Part shown: in pieces, positions 24,856 to 45,162 of the stretch
How positions within the stretch are numbered: the first letter of the stretch is position 1
Layout: every line of letters starts with the position of its first letter
From: Paraspadella gotoi
Taxonomy: Eukaryota; Animalia; Chaetognatha
Length of the DNA: 64,000 nt
Direction of reading: 5' to 3'
Assembly: GCA_051294375.1 (NCBI GenBank)
Contig: CM119263.1
Coordinates: 21,560,494 to 21,624,493 of the forward strand
Program-made: the position numbers and the translations under genes
Notes under the pieces: model-generated
Databases searched by the model: none
The model's input: the letters and a program-made list of their open reading frames with translations, nothing else
Told to the model about the DNA's origin: nothing

Positions 24856-27800
24856 GCCCAAAAATTCCTTCCCTACTTAGTTTACTCCTTCTTTTCAAGA
24901 TAAAATCTCTACTAATCGCGAGTCAAATCTTCAAGAAGGCATCGCTTTCGGTCTTTCCTTTCTCTCTCCTTCGAACAGGGATAACAATAAATTATCCCCG
25001 GATTATAATATTCCCCCCCCCCAAAAAAAAAGGGAACGAAAAAAAAAATAATGTTAAGGAGAGATTAAGCGAATAAATTCGGTTGGATGAATTGAGGGCG
25101 TTGTTTTCGTCGACGACTCCGTGAGATAAGAGGAACGCCTTCCATTCATCTTTTGTTTTCCCGTTGGTTGTGAATTCACGTGAGATGCGTGGAATTCCTT
25201 AAATGCCACTCGGGATGAAGTCACGAGAAACCCATAGCATAATTTCTGCAATATATGGAGACTAATTGAATTTATTGTTTGACGGGTGGTAAAATGATGA
25301 CCAGTATGAGATCGCATATGAACGTGAATGTAATTCGATTCTTCGATACTTCACACAATAATTCCATTTTTCCGTCATCCCTCTTACAGGAACTCGGGTC
25401 AAAAGGAGACGAAGAAATGGAATTTCTCCCCAATTCCGAAAACTTTATCGCGATTCCAAAGCCTAATCCAACCCCGAACTTACCCCCAAATCAGGATCAA
25501 AACCCAAATTCTAACCCCAATACAAACTCAAAATCTAATCAAATCTCTAATTCATACCCAAAGTCCAAAGCGAGATCGAACACTAAAAAATCCAGCAAAA
25601 GATCGAAAGAAAAATCTCTCGATTCATCTCACTCTTTGGACTTTTGGAAATCTTTCAAGGTTTCTAATTTCGAGACCGCTTCCAAATCTATGAACGAGTC
25701 TGAATCCGTAAACGTTTCTAAATCTTCCCACGCATCCAACTCAAAAAACTTTTTAAATCTTTCCAACGATTCCAAACCCTTAAACCTTTCACACACTCCA
25801 AATTCTTTTAACACATCTTTCGCTCTGAATTCTTTGAAACCTTCCGAGTTTTCCAACAGACCAACTCCCTCCCGAGAGACGAACGAAATCCGTCCAGTGC
25901 CTCCAACCGACCGTTCGAAAAGATCGTCGATTCGGACTCGAAAAATCCAAGAATTTCAGGCGATCAAAGGCTCGAGTTTATCGCCGGGCACTGGAGCAGA
26001 CCTTTCCGTTCCGCGGTCGCCCGAAAATTCGCCCGGCAGCCCGCCCAGAGATTTTTGGAGCGGAGTAGATGTTAACGGGTGGACGGAGAACGACAAAGGA
26101 GCGAAGGGAACCGAGGCAAACGAAGACAACAACAACAAAAACGACGACAAAATCGATGATACTCTGTCCGGGAAGCATCTGTTGTGGCACCCAGACAGCG
26201 CCGGGTGCCGGGACAAGTCTCACTACGCGGCTCCACGAGACGATTCGTCGAAAGGGGCGTGGGCAGAGGGGGAGGCGGCGGAGAGGTTGGCGTGGGAATT
26301 GTCCCGGTTCGAGGTGGAGGGGCAGGAGGAGGAGGAGGAATCTGTCCATCACGTGATGAAACGAAACGCTGATCAGGTGGCTTTTGTAGGTTTTTTGTGC
26401 TTTTTTTGTTTTATTTAATCAAAAGATTTATATTGTTTGTATCAAATTCTTATTTAATTTTACGTTACATTTAAAAAAAAAAAACAGGCCGGCGATAACC
26501 TTTCGCCTACGTGGGAGGACGGTTCCGGCGAGGAGCCGACCGACGCCACGCCCCCTACGACGGATAATATGACCGACGTTCCGACGGCAAAAGTGCCGAG
26601 AGGTCTGCCGGAAACGACAGCGTCCCCCAACGCGACCCAGGCGGAGATGACACAGGCTGGAGTCACTACGGGGCCGTCGCCAACAACACAGGCTGGCGTC
26701 ACTTCGGCGGCGGCGGAGACGACGCTGGCCGACAACACGATGTCGTATTGCAACGACGACGAGGACTGCAACATCGAGAGCAACGAGCGTTGCACGAATT
26801 TCCAGCGGCGCCGCAGCGTGACTCTCGTACGTCGCCGGACGGGGCTGCAGCCCATTTGCAAGTGCATGCCGAATTTCATCAGATCTAAGTTGGAGACGAC
26901 CGAGTTGTCGAATGAGTGCGAGGCGATTGTCGAGGTGAGATTGGATTTTTTTTACGTATACCATGATGGAAAAAAAAATTGTCCTGGTTACTTTCCAGCT
27001 ATTTTTCGAGATTTTAATGTAAGAATAAAAAAAATTAAATTTAAATATCAAGAAACTTTGGCCTTTTGTGATTCATATGAGCCATGTCTCATTTATGTAC
27101 GACAAAAAATATAGGAGTTCCATGCAAAAGAAAATGAGTGGTCCAAAAAAAAGCTTATGTCTTTATTTTTTTCATATCTACTTTTATCACATCGCCAAAG
27201 CCCTGGCGATATCGCCATGGCGAAGTCGCCAACCAACTAGAACCACACCTACGACTCGTGCGTGAATCGCCGGCGACATCGCTATTTGATTGAACTACAA
27301 CTTAGGATATTACTTTAAAAACAAATTAATTAATAATATTGTTATGCAATTTTTTTTTAAAAAAAGGCTTAAATATTTTTTATTACATATACAAAGGCAG
27401 CAAAAAACATTGTTCCATGGCTCAATCTTTTTATCACTCTACCCTACTGGAGACGTCACTGAGGGTGGAAAGCTCCTAAAGCCAACAGTAAGATGCCATA
27501 TCCTAATGGGCATCACAAGCAACCCGGCTGTTGCCATGATGCAATAAATAATTTTATGTTGTTGAAAAATAATTATTTTATTCAGTCTTAAGGAGGTTAT
27601 ATTATATATTAAAACTTATTTATTAACCAAAAAATATATTTGACAATGAAATTAACTGACTTTCAAACCGCGACAATTTTTTTTCCATCATGGTATGATT
27701 CTGTAAATGACAGAAATGTCAAAAAACAAGTGTGCTACAACGAGTACTATTGTCTAGTATTAAAATATTTTTTTCCGATTATGTGTCTTCATCGTCCCAA

Positions 27801-29175
27801 CCTTCCTGCCAAACAGGTCGTCAGCGTGACACTCGTCTGCCCCGTCGAATTCAACACCATCTACGCGGACAAAACCTCTTCGAAGCATCTCGAATTCCTC
27901 TTCTACATTCAGAACGTCTATTGCGACTACATCTCTATTATAATCAAGAGAACCTGTTTTTGCGAGATCGAGACAATAAAGAGCGGTTCTACAGAGATCG
28001 AGTTGCTCATCTCCGTTGCCGCCGGAAATAAAACAAAGAACAACGCCACAGAGTCCACAACTCCCTTGCCCCTTCTAACGAACACCACTCAACTTCTCCG
28101 CGAGGCCGCCAAACGCGCCTTCAACGATTTAATCGAGGAAGTCAACCTGGCGACGATCGATCCAAACGTCACGTCGACGCCAGGACTCGATCCCGGCGTT
28201 TACCTGGGCCCGTTCCGCGCCGCCGTCACTCGGCTCTCCGTCAACGAAGACTTTTATGTCCGTGAGAACCCCGTCCCGTCGACAAACCCTTGCCTAGATC
28301 CCGACCGCAATTATTGCGACAAGGACAACAACGGCGCCGAAGCCGAGTGCATCCCGGGTCCGGATAATAAAACGTTGACCTGTCGATGCCGAGTCGGTTT
28401 CCACGACGTCTCCTACGTGCCACGATCAGCGCCGGGCGAGCACTGCTCCCCCGTCTGCTACGAAGGATATTGCCTGAACGGTGGACGTTGTTACAACGAC
28501 AAAACTGAGCCGCTCTGCGATTGCAACGCCTGGTACAACGGTGTCCGATGCGACGTCGATCTCTGGGCGCTCTTGATTAGCGGCATCGTGTTTCTCTCGT
28601 TCTTCCTCGTCCTCATCATCGTGGGGTTGACGCGATGCGCGAGGAATCGTCTCGAACGTAAAGGGTCTTATTCTGTGGCGGAGGAAGACCGTCGCCTCTT
28701 TCATCGCGACGCCGCCGTCTCCCGTAGCCTGGATCCGTTCGATTTGACCTTCGATCCCGGGGAATACGAGTTTCTCTATGCGCCTGTGGACGCGCGGACT
28801 GGGGAGATCGTCGCTCTCGATCCCAATCTTCCGCCCGAAGAGAATCTATACCGTCTGGTGCCAGAGATCGACGTAGGGGATCCGCCGTGGCCGGCGCTGC
28901 GACGCCTCGCCGACCCTGGCGGCGGACGCTGGGAAGACGACGTCACGCAATCGATTTTTCTGCCCATTCCGCGTCCAACTCTGCGGCGGCGGTCGGACGT
29001 GCCGACGCCGCCCGGTTCCATGACGCGGTCGTCGTCGGGGGCGTCGTTGGTGATCTCACGCAGAAGTTCGACGGCGCCGGATGTCGACCTCGCTTGCGTC
29101 GGCCTCTATCCGAATTTGTTTGCCGATGACGAGACGTTACAGATTCCGAGGCCTTCGGTCATTACCAAACCGTAA
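24058..29175 (+). CDS. Single-pass mucin-like protein: S/T/N-rich region, EGF, SEA-like, EGF, EGF, TM, cytoplasmic tail; exons ~24058-24264 (tentative), 25390-26376, 26488-26934, 27817-29175
   Basis: Phase-0 GT-AG joins link ORFs 25279.., 26569.. and 27640... The product has a Thr-rich stalk, a Cys-spaced EGF (CNDDEDCNIESNERC..CKC..C), a SEA-like segment with KSGSTEI, two EGFs (NPCLDPDRNYCD..CRCRVGF; CYEGYCLNGGRC..CDCNAWYNGVRC) and a TM (LWALLISGIVFLSFFLVLIIVGL). The first exon is uncertain. Confidence 0.8.
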
Positions 29176-30468
29176 CCGGCGATGGCGACGAAGACGACGA
29201 CGACGGCGTTAACGCCAGAATTTTAACCATCATACACTGCGGCGCAAAAAAAAAATAAGACACTTGTTAGCTCTAAATACCCCACTATTTCTTTTTTAAT
29301 CTTAAAAAAATATTTATAAAAAGTATAGGTTTTTTAAAAATTTATAGATTGATGCAAAAAAAAATTAATTGGTTCAGGCAGTAGATTACAGCAATATTTT
29401 AAAGTCAAAGTCTGAAAACGGAATTAGGAAAAATGATTTTTGGAGGTTAAGTTCATGATATTTTTTTTCTGACTGATAACAGTGTAACAGTGTAACTGGT
29501 GTCATATTTGACTCGACGTGAGTTGATACGATGTTAAAAAACATCTTCCGGAATTTAGCTTTAATTTTTTTCCGTAATTTATTTTGACGTCCAATAGACC
29601 ATGGCGCCGAGACAACAATGACCAACTGGTCATGATAAAAACTTATGATTATTGATTTTTTATTAGGTTCATTCTTAGAAATTTCTCTCCTCCCATTTGC
29701 ATGCAAAATTACTAAGGAACGTGCCATATGGTCAAAATATCTGTGTTAAAACTGTTGAGAGAAAAAGATAAGGAAATATTGCTACTTTATTGTTTCCGTT
29801 TCTGACTCTCATTAATTGAATACTCTCGACGCAAAGATTTGTACTCATTGCTAATTATTTGAATGATAATAGTGAAATATTTACTCTGACATTTTATTTT
29901 ATTTCCTATCATCTTATTAGTTAGAAAAAGAAACCCATCAAAGCTATTAAACTGATTTTTATGAATCTTTTTCATTATCTCTCATTCTCTCTCTCTCTGT
30001 TTATAAACAAAGGTTACGTAGTACTGGACGACCTGTGGATAAAATTGGCTAACTTGGGTATTTGGTAGTTATGATCTCTCATATTTGCTTTTAACTTAAA
30101 ATATTTTGTAAAAATGTTTCTCATGGAGAATGAAATTATGAACGAAAAATGAAAAACACGATTAACTTTTACAGTAAACAGCATTACAATTGTAAAGCTC
30201 TATTTTGGGATAATCCTTTCACTCGTACCAAAGGTTCGTCTTCTGAGAGACAACGTAGGAACTAGGATCTGTTTTTTAAGATACTCCCGGGAAGACGTGA
30301 ATTTCTTCTGTTGCTAAGCGTCCCTCTCTGAAACTAAGGGATAAAGAGGAAGATCTTGTCAATTTTCTTTTTCTAATGTTTGACGTCCAATCATTATCAA
30401 CTGGAATTCGATAATTTTCGCACGAAATTTCCTCGTTTTCACCTTGTGTAATTTTAAGGTCGTTGAAA

Positions 30469-31628
30469 ATGGATGAAGATAACGAGTCAGAAAAAGTCGA
30501 AACGGAGGAACGGACGATCGGCGAATCTCAATCGAAAGATAAAGAAAAAAAAGACGAAAAAGAAAAAGAAAAAGGGGGTAAAGAGAATATCAATGAAGAA
30601 AATGATGTCAAGATGTCGGATGAGAGCGAAAGTAAAAATAACGACATTATTGTGGAGGACGCCAAAAGAAAAAATATTAAAAATGATGGTGAGGAAAATT
30701 CCGGTGAAAATATTGGCGATGAGAACTATGTAAAGAAGGACGAAACAAATAAGGAAAATGCAACGGAAGGTGAAGAAAAAGGTCATGAAAGGAATGATCA
30801 CGAGTTAAATGAACAAGAAGACGAAAAAAGCGAAGTGGATAAAAAAGATACTAAAAATGATGACGAGAATGAAATGAAAGAATCAAGATCCGAAATAAAT
30901 GGAGAAAATGAGGAAATTAAATCTGTTAATTCCCCTGCGAGGCAAAATTCGAAAGGCAATAAAGACGGCGGAATAAACGACCAAAATGGCAATGAAAAAA
31001 ATCAATCAAATGATAACAATAGTGAAAACTGGCGAGTCGATGGAAATGAGCAGACAACAGAAAACCCAACATCAAATGGCGATGGCGTCGCAGAAGCAAC
31101 AACAGCATTTGTTTCGACCAAATTGCGAAAAGAAATGGAGTCCAAAGCCAACGTGGGCACCATTCTCACTTGGCAGTACGCGGCGGCCATGGCTCAAGAG
31201 GGCGCGGCGACGGAATCTAGCGGAAATGACGCAGAACCGGAAGTAGAGTTGACCTCTGGCGCCGAGGTGGGCATGGCGGCTGCCTATGCAACTAAAAAGG
31301 GAGATCTGCAGCACAGAGAAGAAGGAGAAGTCGAAGAGAGCGAAGGCGAATCCGAGAAGAATTCAGAGAAAAAAGTGGAATCTCAAGTTGAGAATGAGAT
31401 TAATGTTGAAAATATAGCAGCCTCAGATGCAGAAGTAGTTCCTGTTTCTAAAGGGAAAGATGCAGGGGAAGCAGTGGAAAAGGCGAGTACCTTTGATGTG
31501 GAAACGAATCAAAAGAAGAATGAAAAGCGTGAAACACAATCTGAAGGTGAAACAGGTAACAGTTAACGAATTTTAAAATTCTGTGTACAACCATGTATTC
31601 GATATATTTATGATACTCGATGCAATAT

Positions 31629-31715
<87 letters not shown>

Positions 31716-34700
31716 TTACATTTAACTTTTAAACTAAAATGTATTTTTCTTTTAATCAAATTTTTGTTTTTGCTCGGATTTTATTAATAAAAAATCTATG
31801 GTGCAAGAGAAAACAAAGCATTTTAAAGGCAATTACTCTCAACACAATTCCTTTATCGTCACTGTTCAAATAGCTCCTTAGCTAGACGCTTCTCAAAGTG
31901 GATTGCCTGTTGGTTACAGACCCGAGGAAAAAGGTCGAAAGGCCCGGGAAAAAAACTCCGACGCAGCGATCTTTATAACTTTTTTTTCATAAGTTAAGAA
32001 TAAATTTATTCTTATTTTCCTTCCGCAGGCGATGACGCCGAGGAATCGATCGGGGAAAAACTGAAGACGGAAAATAAATCAGAAATATCCAGACCGAATT
32101 CCAGCGCCGATTCTCCCGAAAAATCTGAATCAATCGAAGATTCGAAATTGACCCAAATCGTAATATCAACTGAGAATTCTGAATTTACGGAAGCACCGAA
32201 ATCAAGCAAAACTTCAGAATTGATTGAAGCTGCTGAACCAATCGAAAATTCTGAATCGACTGAAAATACAGAATTAACTGAGAATTCTGAATCAGGTGAA
32301 GCTGAATCTAAAGACAATTCTGATCTAACTATCGCAGCAGAACCAACCGAGACTTCTGAATTGGGTGAAGCCGCTGATTCAAAAAAGAATATTGAATCAA
32401 CTAAATCACTTGAAGCGAATGCTAATGTGTTACCCACAGTTGATGTAACATCAGAAGCTGCCAAATCAACAGAAGGTGAGATAACTGCTAAATCAACTGA
32501 TGACCAAAGCAAAGGTCATGAATCTACTCAGCCTGTAGAAGAAACCGAGGTTGCTGAATCTACTGAAGCAGCTGTATTGACTGACAAAGATGAAATAACT
32601 CACTCCGACGAATTGACAAAAGATTCTGAATCTGAAGAACTGAGAAAAGATTCCCCAACAGAGTCTGCTGAACCAATAGATGCTACCGAATACATAAAAA
32701 CTGATGAATCAGTAGATGGTGAATCCTCTTATAATTTTAGACCCGAGACTGATAATTTGAATGAAAATGGTGATAATAAAAAAATAGACCCAACTGAAAA
32801 TAGAGCAGAACCAAATGATAGTTCTGAAGCTAATGGGAGAGCTAAATGTTCACATAATTATGAAATAGAACTAAGCCGCGACCCTGAAGAAGAAGAAGAA
32901 AATTCAAATACAAAAAATACTGAAGTAAGTCCTGAACTGAACGATAGTTCTGAAGCTAATGAGAAAGCTGAATGTTCACATGATGATGAAATTGATCTAA
33001 GCTGCGATCCTGAAGAAGGAGAAAATTCAAATAAAGAAAATACTGAAGTAAGTCCGGAACTGAATGATAGTTCTGAAGCTAATGAGAAAGCTGAAGTAAG
33101 TCCTGAACTGAATGAAAGTTCTGAAGCTAATAAGACAGCTGAATGTTCACATGATGATGAAATTGATCTGAGCCATGATCCTGAAGAAGAAGAAAAAATA
33201 CAAATACAAAAAATAATGAAATAAGTACTGAACTGAACGATAGTTCTGAAGCTAATGAGAAAGCTGAATGTTCACATGATAATGAAATTGATCTAAACCG
33301 CGATCCTGAAGAAGAAGAAAATCCAAATACAAAAAATACTGAAGTAAGTCCTAAACTGAATGAAACTCCTGAAGCTAATAAGACAGCTGAATGTTCACAT
33401 GATGATGAATTGATCGAGCCAGATGATCCTGAAGAAGAAGAAAAAAATACAAATACAAAAAATACTGAAAAAAGTACTGAACTGAACGATAGTTCTGAAG
33501 CTAATGAGAAAGCTGAATGTTCACATGATAATGAAATTGATCTAAACCACGATCCTGAAGAAGAAAAAAATTCAAATACAAAAAATACTGAAGTAAGTCC
33601 TAAACTGAATGATAGTTCTGAAGCTAATGAGAAAGCTGAAGGTTCACATGATGAAATTGATTTAAGCCGCGACCCCAAACACGAAGAAAAAAAATTAAAT
33701 ACAATAAATACTCAACTAAATGATAGTTCTGAAGCTATTGAGAGAGCTGATGATGAAATTGATCTAAGCCACGATACTGAAAAGAATGAAGAAAATGGCA
33801 GAAGCGAACAAAATGATGAAACTGAAACATCAGCCACAGATCTCGATGAGTTCTCAAATCCTAAATCTTCAGAACAAAATCAATCAAATATTGAAAACGA
33901 CTCAGACGATGAAAATAAACCCGATGACGCTGAAGAAACCGATGACAAAGATCTAGCAGATGATTTTGGACAAACAGAATTAAATGATAAAGTTGAAACA
34001 ACAGAAGATAGCGAATTAACAGTTAAAACTGAACCGACTGAATCCGATGACGACGAACGAGGAAGCTACAATGAATCAAGCAAAGACACTGAGCAAACAA
34101 GCGATACTGAAGACCCCGACAAATCAGCTCCTGACGAAACTGAACAAACGGGTGAACTAAATAAAACTGAAGAGAAGGAGAAGTCTGATTCTGAACCCGC
34201 GGCTGAGGACGACCCAAACGACGTTCAACAGTCTGATAATTCGGATCCGGCTGACTCTACCGAATCTTCGGCCGAAACTAACGCGACTAACGCCGAAAAT
34301 TCCGGCGCCGACACTGAAGATAGAGAAATGGGCCCCCGCATCAATCTTGTTGTCGATCTCGACGCCGGAAAAGCCACATGCTCTACTACGCCCGAACCTA
34401 GCGATATCCCCGCGCCGAAGCCGTCCAAGGGTCAGCCCCAGCGCCATCTCCGGCGTCCAAAAGTCACGAACGGTAACTTCAGGTCCACACAAATGGCGCC
34501 GATGCCTCGAAGAGGGCGTTGCACATGCGGGCCTGGTGCTGAGTGTTCATGCGCGTGGGGAGCGAGAGCGAAGGCGCGCAACGCTACGCGGCCGCGGTCG
34601 TGCGGCGCCGTCCACTCGAGAAAACCCATGGCGTCGACTTTGAGTAAATCGTTTGGCGGAGAAGAGGGAGTAGACGAGGTGAGTTGAGGGTTGGAAGGAG

Positions 34701-35024
34701 ATGGGAAAAAGGTAGGGAGTATATTAAATTTAAGAGGTTGGGCTGGAGAAGGATTGAGGGATTTCAGGTTTGATAAAGTGGTGATAAAACTGACTTAAGA
34801 GTGGGTCTGGGTAAACAGTTAGTAAATCAAGGAGAAGAAAGTGAAAAGCAAAAGGAAAATGAGGTGAGGGGACGAGTTAATTTAATTTTACCATGTCCAG
34901 TTTCCCTCACTTTTCAGACATTATCTTCGGATACGGCAGCTACGAGCTCAACCTTTTCGACTCTTCCGATTCAAAAACAAGTTAGTTTTTTGTCCTTTCT
35001 ATCTAATTTAAGTTAAAAAAAACA

Positions 35025-35083
<59 letters not shown>

Positions 35084-35860
35084 ATCCATCTCAGCGTCCG
35101 CGCTTACGAGATCAAAAGATTTTTGCAAGAATCTCTGGTCAGCGCGAAAAGGATCGCGTACGTCCGACCCGAAGTGGCGGAGAAAACTTTGCTGAGGGTA
35201 AGTAAGGAGTGCTGCTTTGAGTGAGGTTAAAATTGGAATTGAGAAAATTGTTCCTTTTCTCTTTCTTGATTTTTTTACGACCTCCTCATTCTTTAGGAAG
35301 AACTAACGAAATTCAGGAACCGAATGAAATCTTTCATCCTTCCACCAAAAGTATGTTTTTTTAATCGAATAAATAGCTACTGGGACATTTTTTTACAAAA
35401 TATTGCATTGTAAACAAGGTCTGCCACAGCATAAAAATAGAGGGGAAAAAAAAGAAAATTGGGCAGCTCAAATATTTTAGACCAAAACCACGGTCAAAAA
35501 AGGGAAGACGATGACAAATACAACGACATGGACGAAATTATTCTTAATTATGTATGTATACAATTCAAATAAAAACAAACAAACAAACCACAAAGCGCGG
35601 TTTTCCCGTGTTCAGGTGACCTCACTCTCCGCCTGGCAAAATTTCCTCTACGACGAAATTCGTCGTTTGGACGGAAAAAGTTGGAGTCGAATCAGCGAGG
35701 AAAATCGACACAAATTGCCCAACCTCGGCGTCAAAAGGTACACCTCTTTTTTCTTCTCTTCCTCTTTTCATTTTTCTTTTCCTTTCTCTTCTTTTAAAAA
35801 TGAGGCAGAGCTTCTCATTGATTAGTTTGTCTCTTTCCTTTATGACATCTGTTCTTCTCT

Positions 35861-35931
<71 letters not shown>

Positions 35932-36512
35932 CTCTCTCTCTCTCTCTCTCTCGCCCACGCTAAGTCTCTTTTTTTTTCATTTAAAGGAGCCCGTCGACGT
36001 CCAAACTGAGGAAGAGCGTCTCCCAGACCGACTCTTTATCTACGAATCCAAAACTCGCCGGTTGGAATGAAGGTGAGGTGTCATCACACATCACACTAAC
36101 CAGTAACCACACTATCATATATATTTTAACATTATCAGTTTTACTATTATCATCTAAATATTTTATTATGCGACAAAACAAAATTTCTAGGCCCACAAGA
36201 AAATAAAGTTATTTAGAAAGATTAATATTGTTTTAAACGAGATTTTAAACATTTCCCCCGCGCATTAAAATTACGATCGACGATTAGTCGAGGAGATTCG
36301 GCCAAAGCAACTAGTTCGACACCCAACGTATCATTTTCTCTGCTAAATGAAAGAAAACCACTTACGATCCCGGATTTCTTGAGTAATTAAAACTTTTTAA
36401 GGCTTCCAATTAAAAAAAAGGGAAAAAAATCAGAAAATACACTTTAAAAGGGTGTGGAGGACGGTCGAAGACGATTCGACCGACGTTTCTCTCTCTTTCT
36501 CTTTCTTTCTGA
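30469..36512 (+). CDS. Large acidic low-complexity protein of unknown function with ~40-aa tandem repeats; one apparent frameshift near 33195
   Basis: Phase-compatible exons ~30469-31555, 32029-34678, 34918-34980, 35084-35197, 35297-35350, 35617-35737, 35987-36072 and a tentative last exon to 36512, followed by AATAAA at ~36561. Composition is E/D/N/S/K-rich. No recognisable domain. Confidence 0.6.
31626..31717. repeat. (TTTA)n microsatellite in an intron
   Basis: Directly visible. Confidence 0.95.
32805..33780 (+). repeat. Coding tandem repeat, ~120-bp (40-41 aa) unit, about 8 copies
   Basis: Recurring unit ELNDSSEANEKAECSHDDEIDLSxDPEEEENSNTKNTEVSP; the DNA motif gatagttctgaagctaatgagaaagctgaatgttcacatgat recurs. 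Confidence 0.9.
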
Positions 36513-38032
36513 CTCGTCGTCTCCTTAAAAGTCGACACCGTTGGACGATACTCTCCCTCGAATAAACCTTAATTGTTATGTACTATTCTCACTTTTTACA
36601 TCGTAATAAATGTATAATGTATATATATTATCATAAGCAATGTTTCCTTTTCCAACGTCGTCTTATGGGCATTATTATTCAAAGGGGGTCAACAACTTTT
36701 TGGGAAAATCGAAATGAAAATAAATGGGTTGGCTCCTGAAATCACTTTTACATTTTTGAGGGGAACGTTTCTGATTTTTTCATGTTGCAAGCGAATTAAG
36801 TTCCGTGCTAAAAATGATGATGTACAGGTAAAGTCCGGACGGTTAGCTAGGAAAGGGATAAAAGGAATTAATTTGACAAAATAATAAATTCGAAAAAGAA
36901 TCTTAAACATCGTTGGATTCCCAGACGTCGAGATCAAAACTTCAACCCCGCAGGAATTTACAGTTCGTGTAAAGCCGATTTGAATTGTGTGCACTTCCAG
37001 ACAGGTTTCTAGATTTCTAGATCCGAAAGGAAAACCATTTATTTTTTTTTTCTATTTTTTTTATAACGTACATACAATTGAAACATTCTTTGAAATATTT
37101 TCCACTTCATTGATAGTTAAGCCAGGTACTCTGGGAGTGAATAAACAAGACTGTGAGAGAGTCTTGATTGAAAGCTTGCAGGGACCTGCTATGTCATTAT
37201 CTTGTAAGAGTGATGGAGGCCTTAAACCACCAAAGCCTGTCCAAAGTCAGGGGCAAGATAGCTTATTTATTAAATGAATGGATAATTTTTATATTGGTTG
37301 TACCAATTTCATAGAAAAAAGGAATTTACGTACTATTAAAATTTCCCCTCGGGTAGACATGGATATAGATCCGGCTAAGACATGAAATTAAACCTCATCA
37401 AGCGTTCCGACTCGTTTTCCTGTCAGGCGCCGAGGGATCAGTCGACGGTGGAACGCATGTGGACGAGCAGTTGCGACAATTGCGCTCAGTCTACAAACCC
37501 TTGCTGCCCCGCGATCATAATCTCAAGCGCGTCGTCAACAGGTTCAATCAAAGGCAACGAATCTACTTAATCTGATCTAATAAACACGATTTTGAAACAC
37601 ATTTAGGGGAACACCTTGGAAACAAGTTTAATCTCTACGGTCTACCTCATCAAAGCTGCGGGACTCTTCGACCCAAAGTTTATGTAAATTGTAAATTGTT
37701 GTTTCTTTTTAGGTGAGGTTGATTCTCCTGCGATGATAGTCATAACTGATAATATTAATAAAAGACCTTTATTTTTTACTAACAAATCTTTAGCCAAAAA
37801 AGGTAGCGCGTCAATTTTTTTTCTATTAAAAAAGTTTATTGTGACTTCCATATATATATAAGATGAATATACAGTTTGGTATAAATTACAGAATGAATGA
37901 ATGTGAATTAGAGAATAAAATGAGATTAAATTTTTCTTCCGACATTTTTTTGAGGGTGGGATCGCGTCAATACCATTATCTAATGCTTCATCGAATCATT
38001 ATCATTGTCATAATCGCCATCCTCAATCATTA

Positions 38033-45162
<7,130 letters not shown>

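Noticed and set aside
32805-33780. CRISPR-like repeat array
   Set aside because: Eukaryotic coding tandem repeat with no unique spacers and no cas genes.
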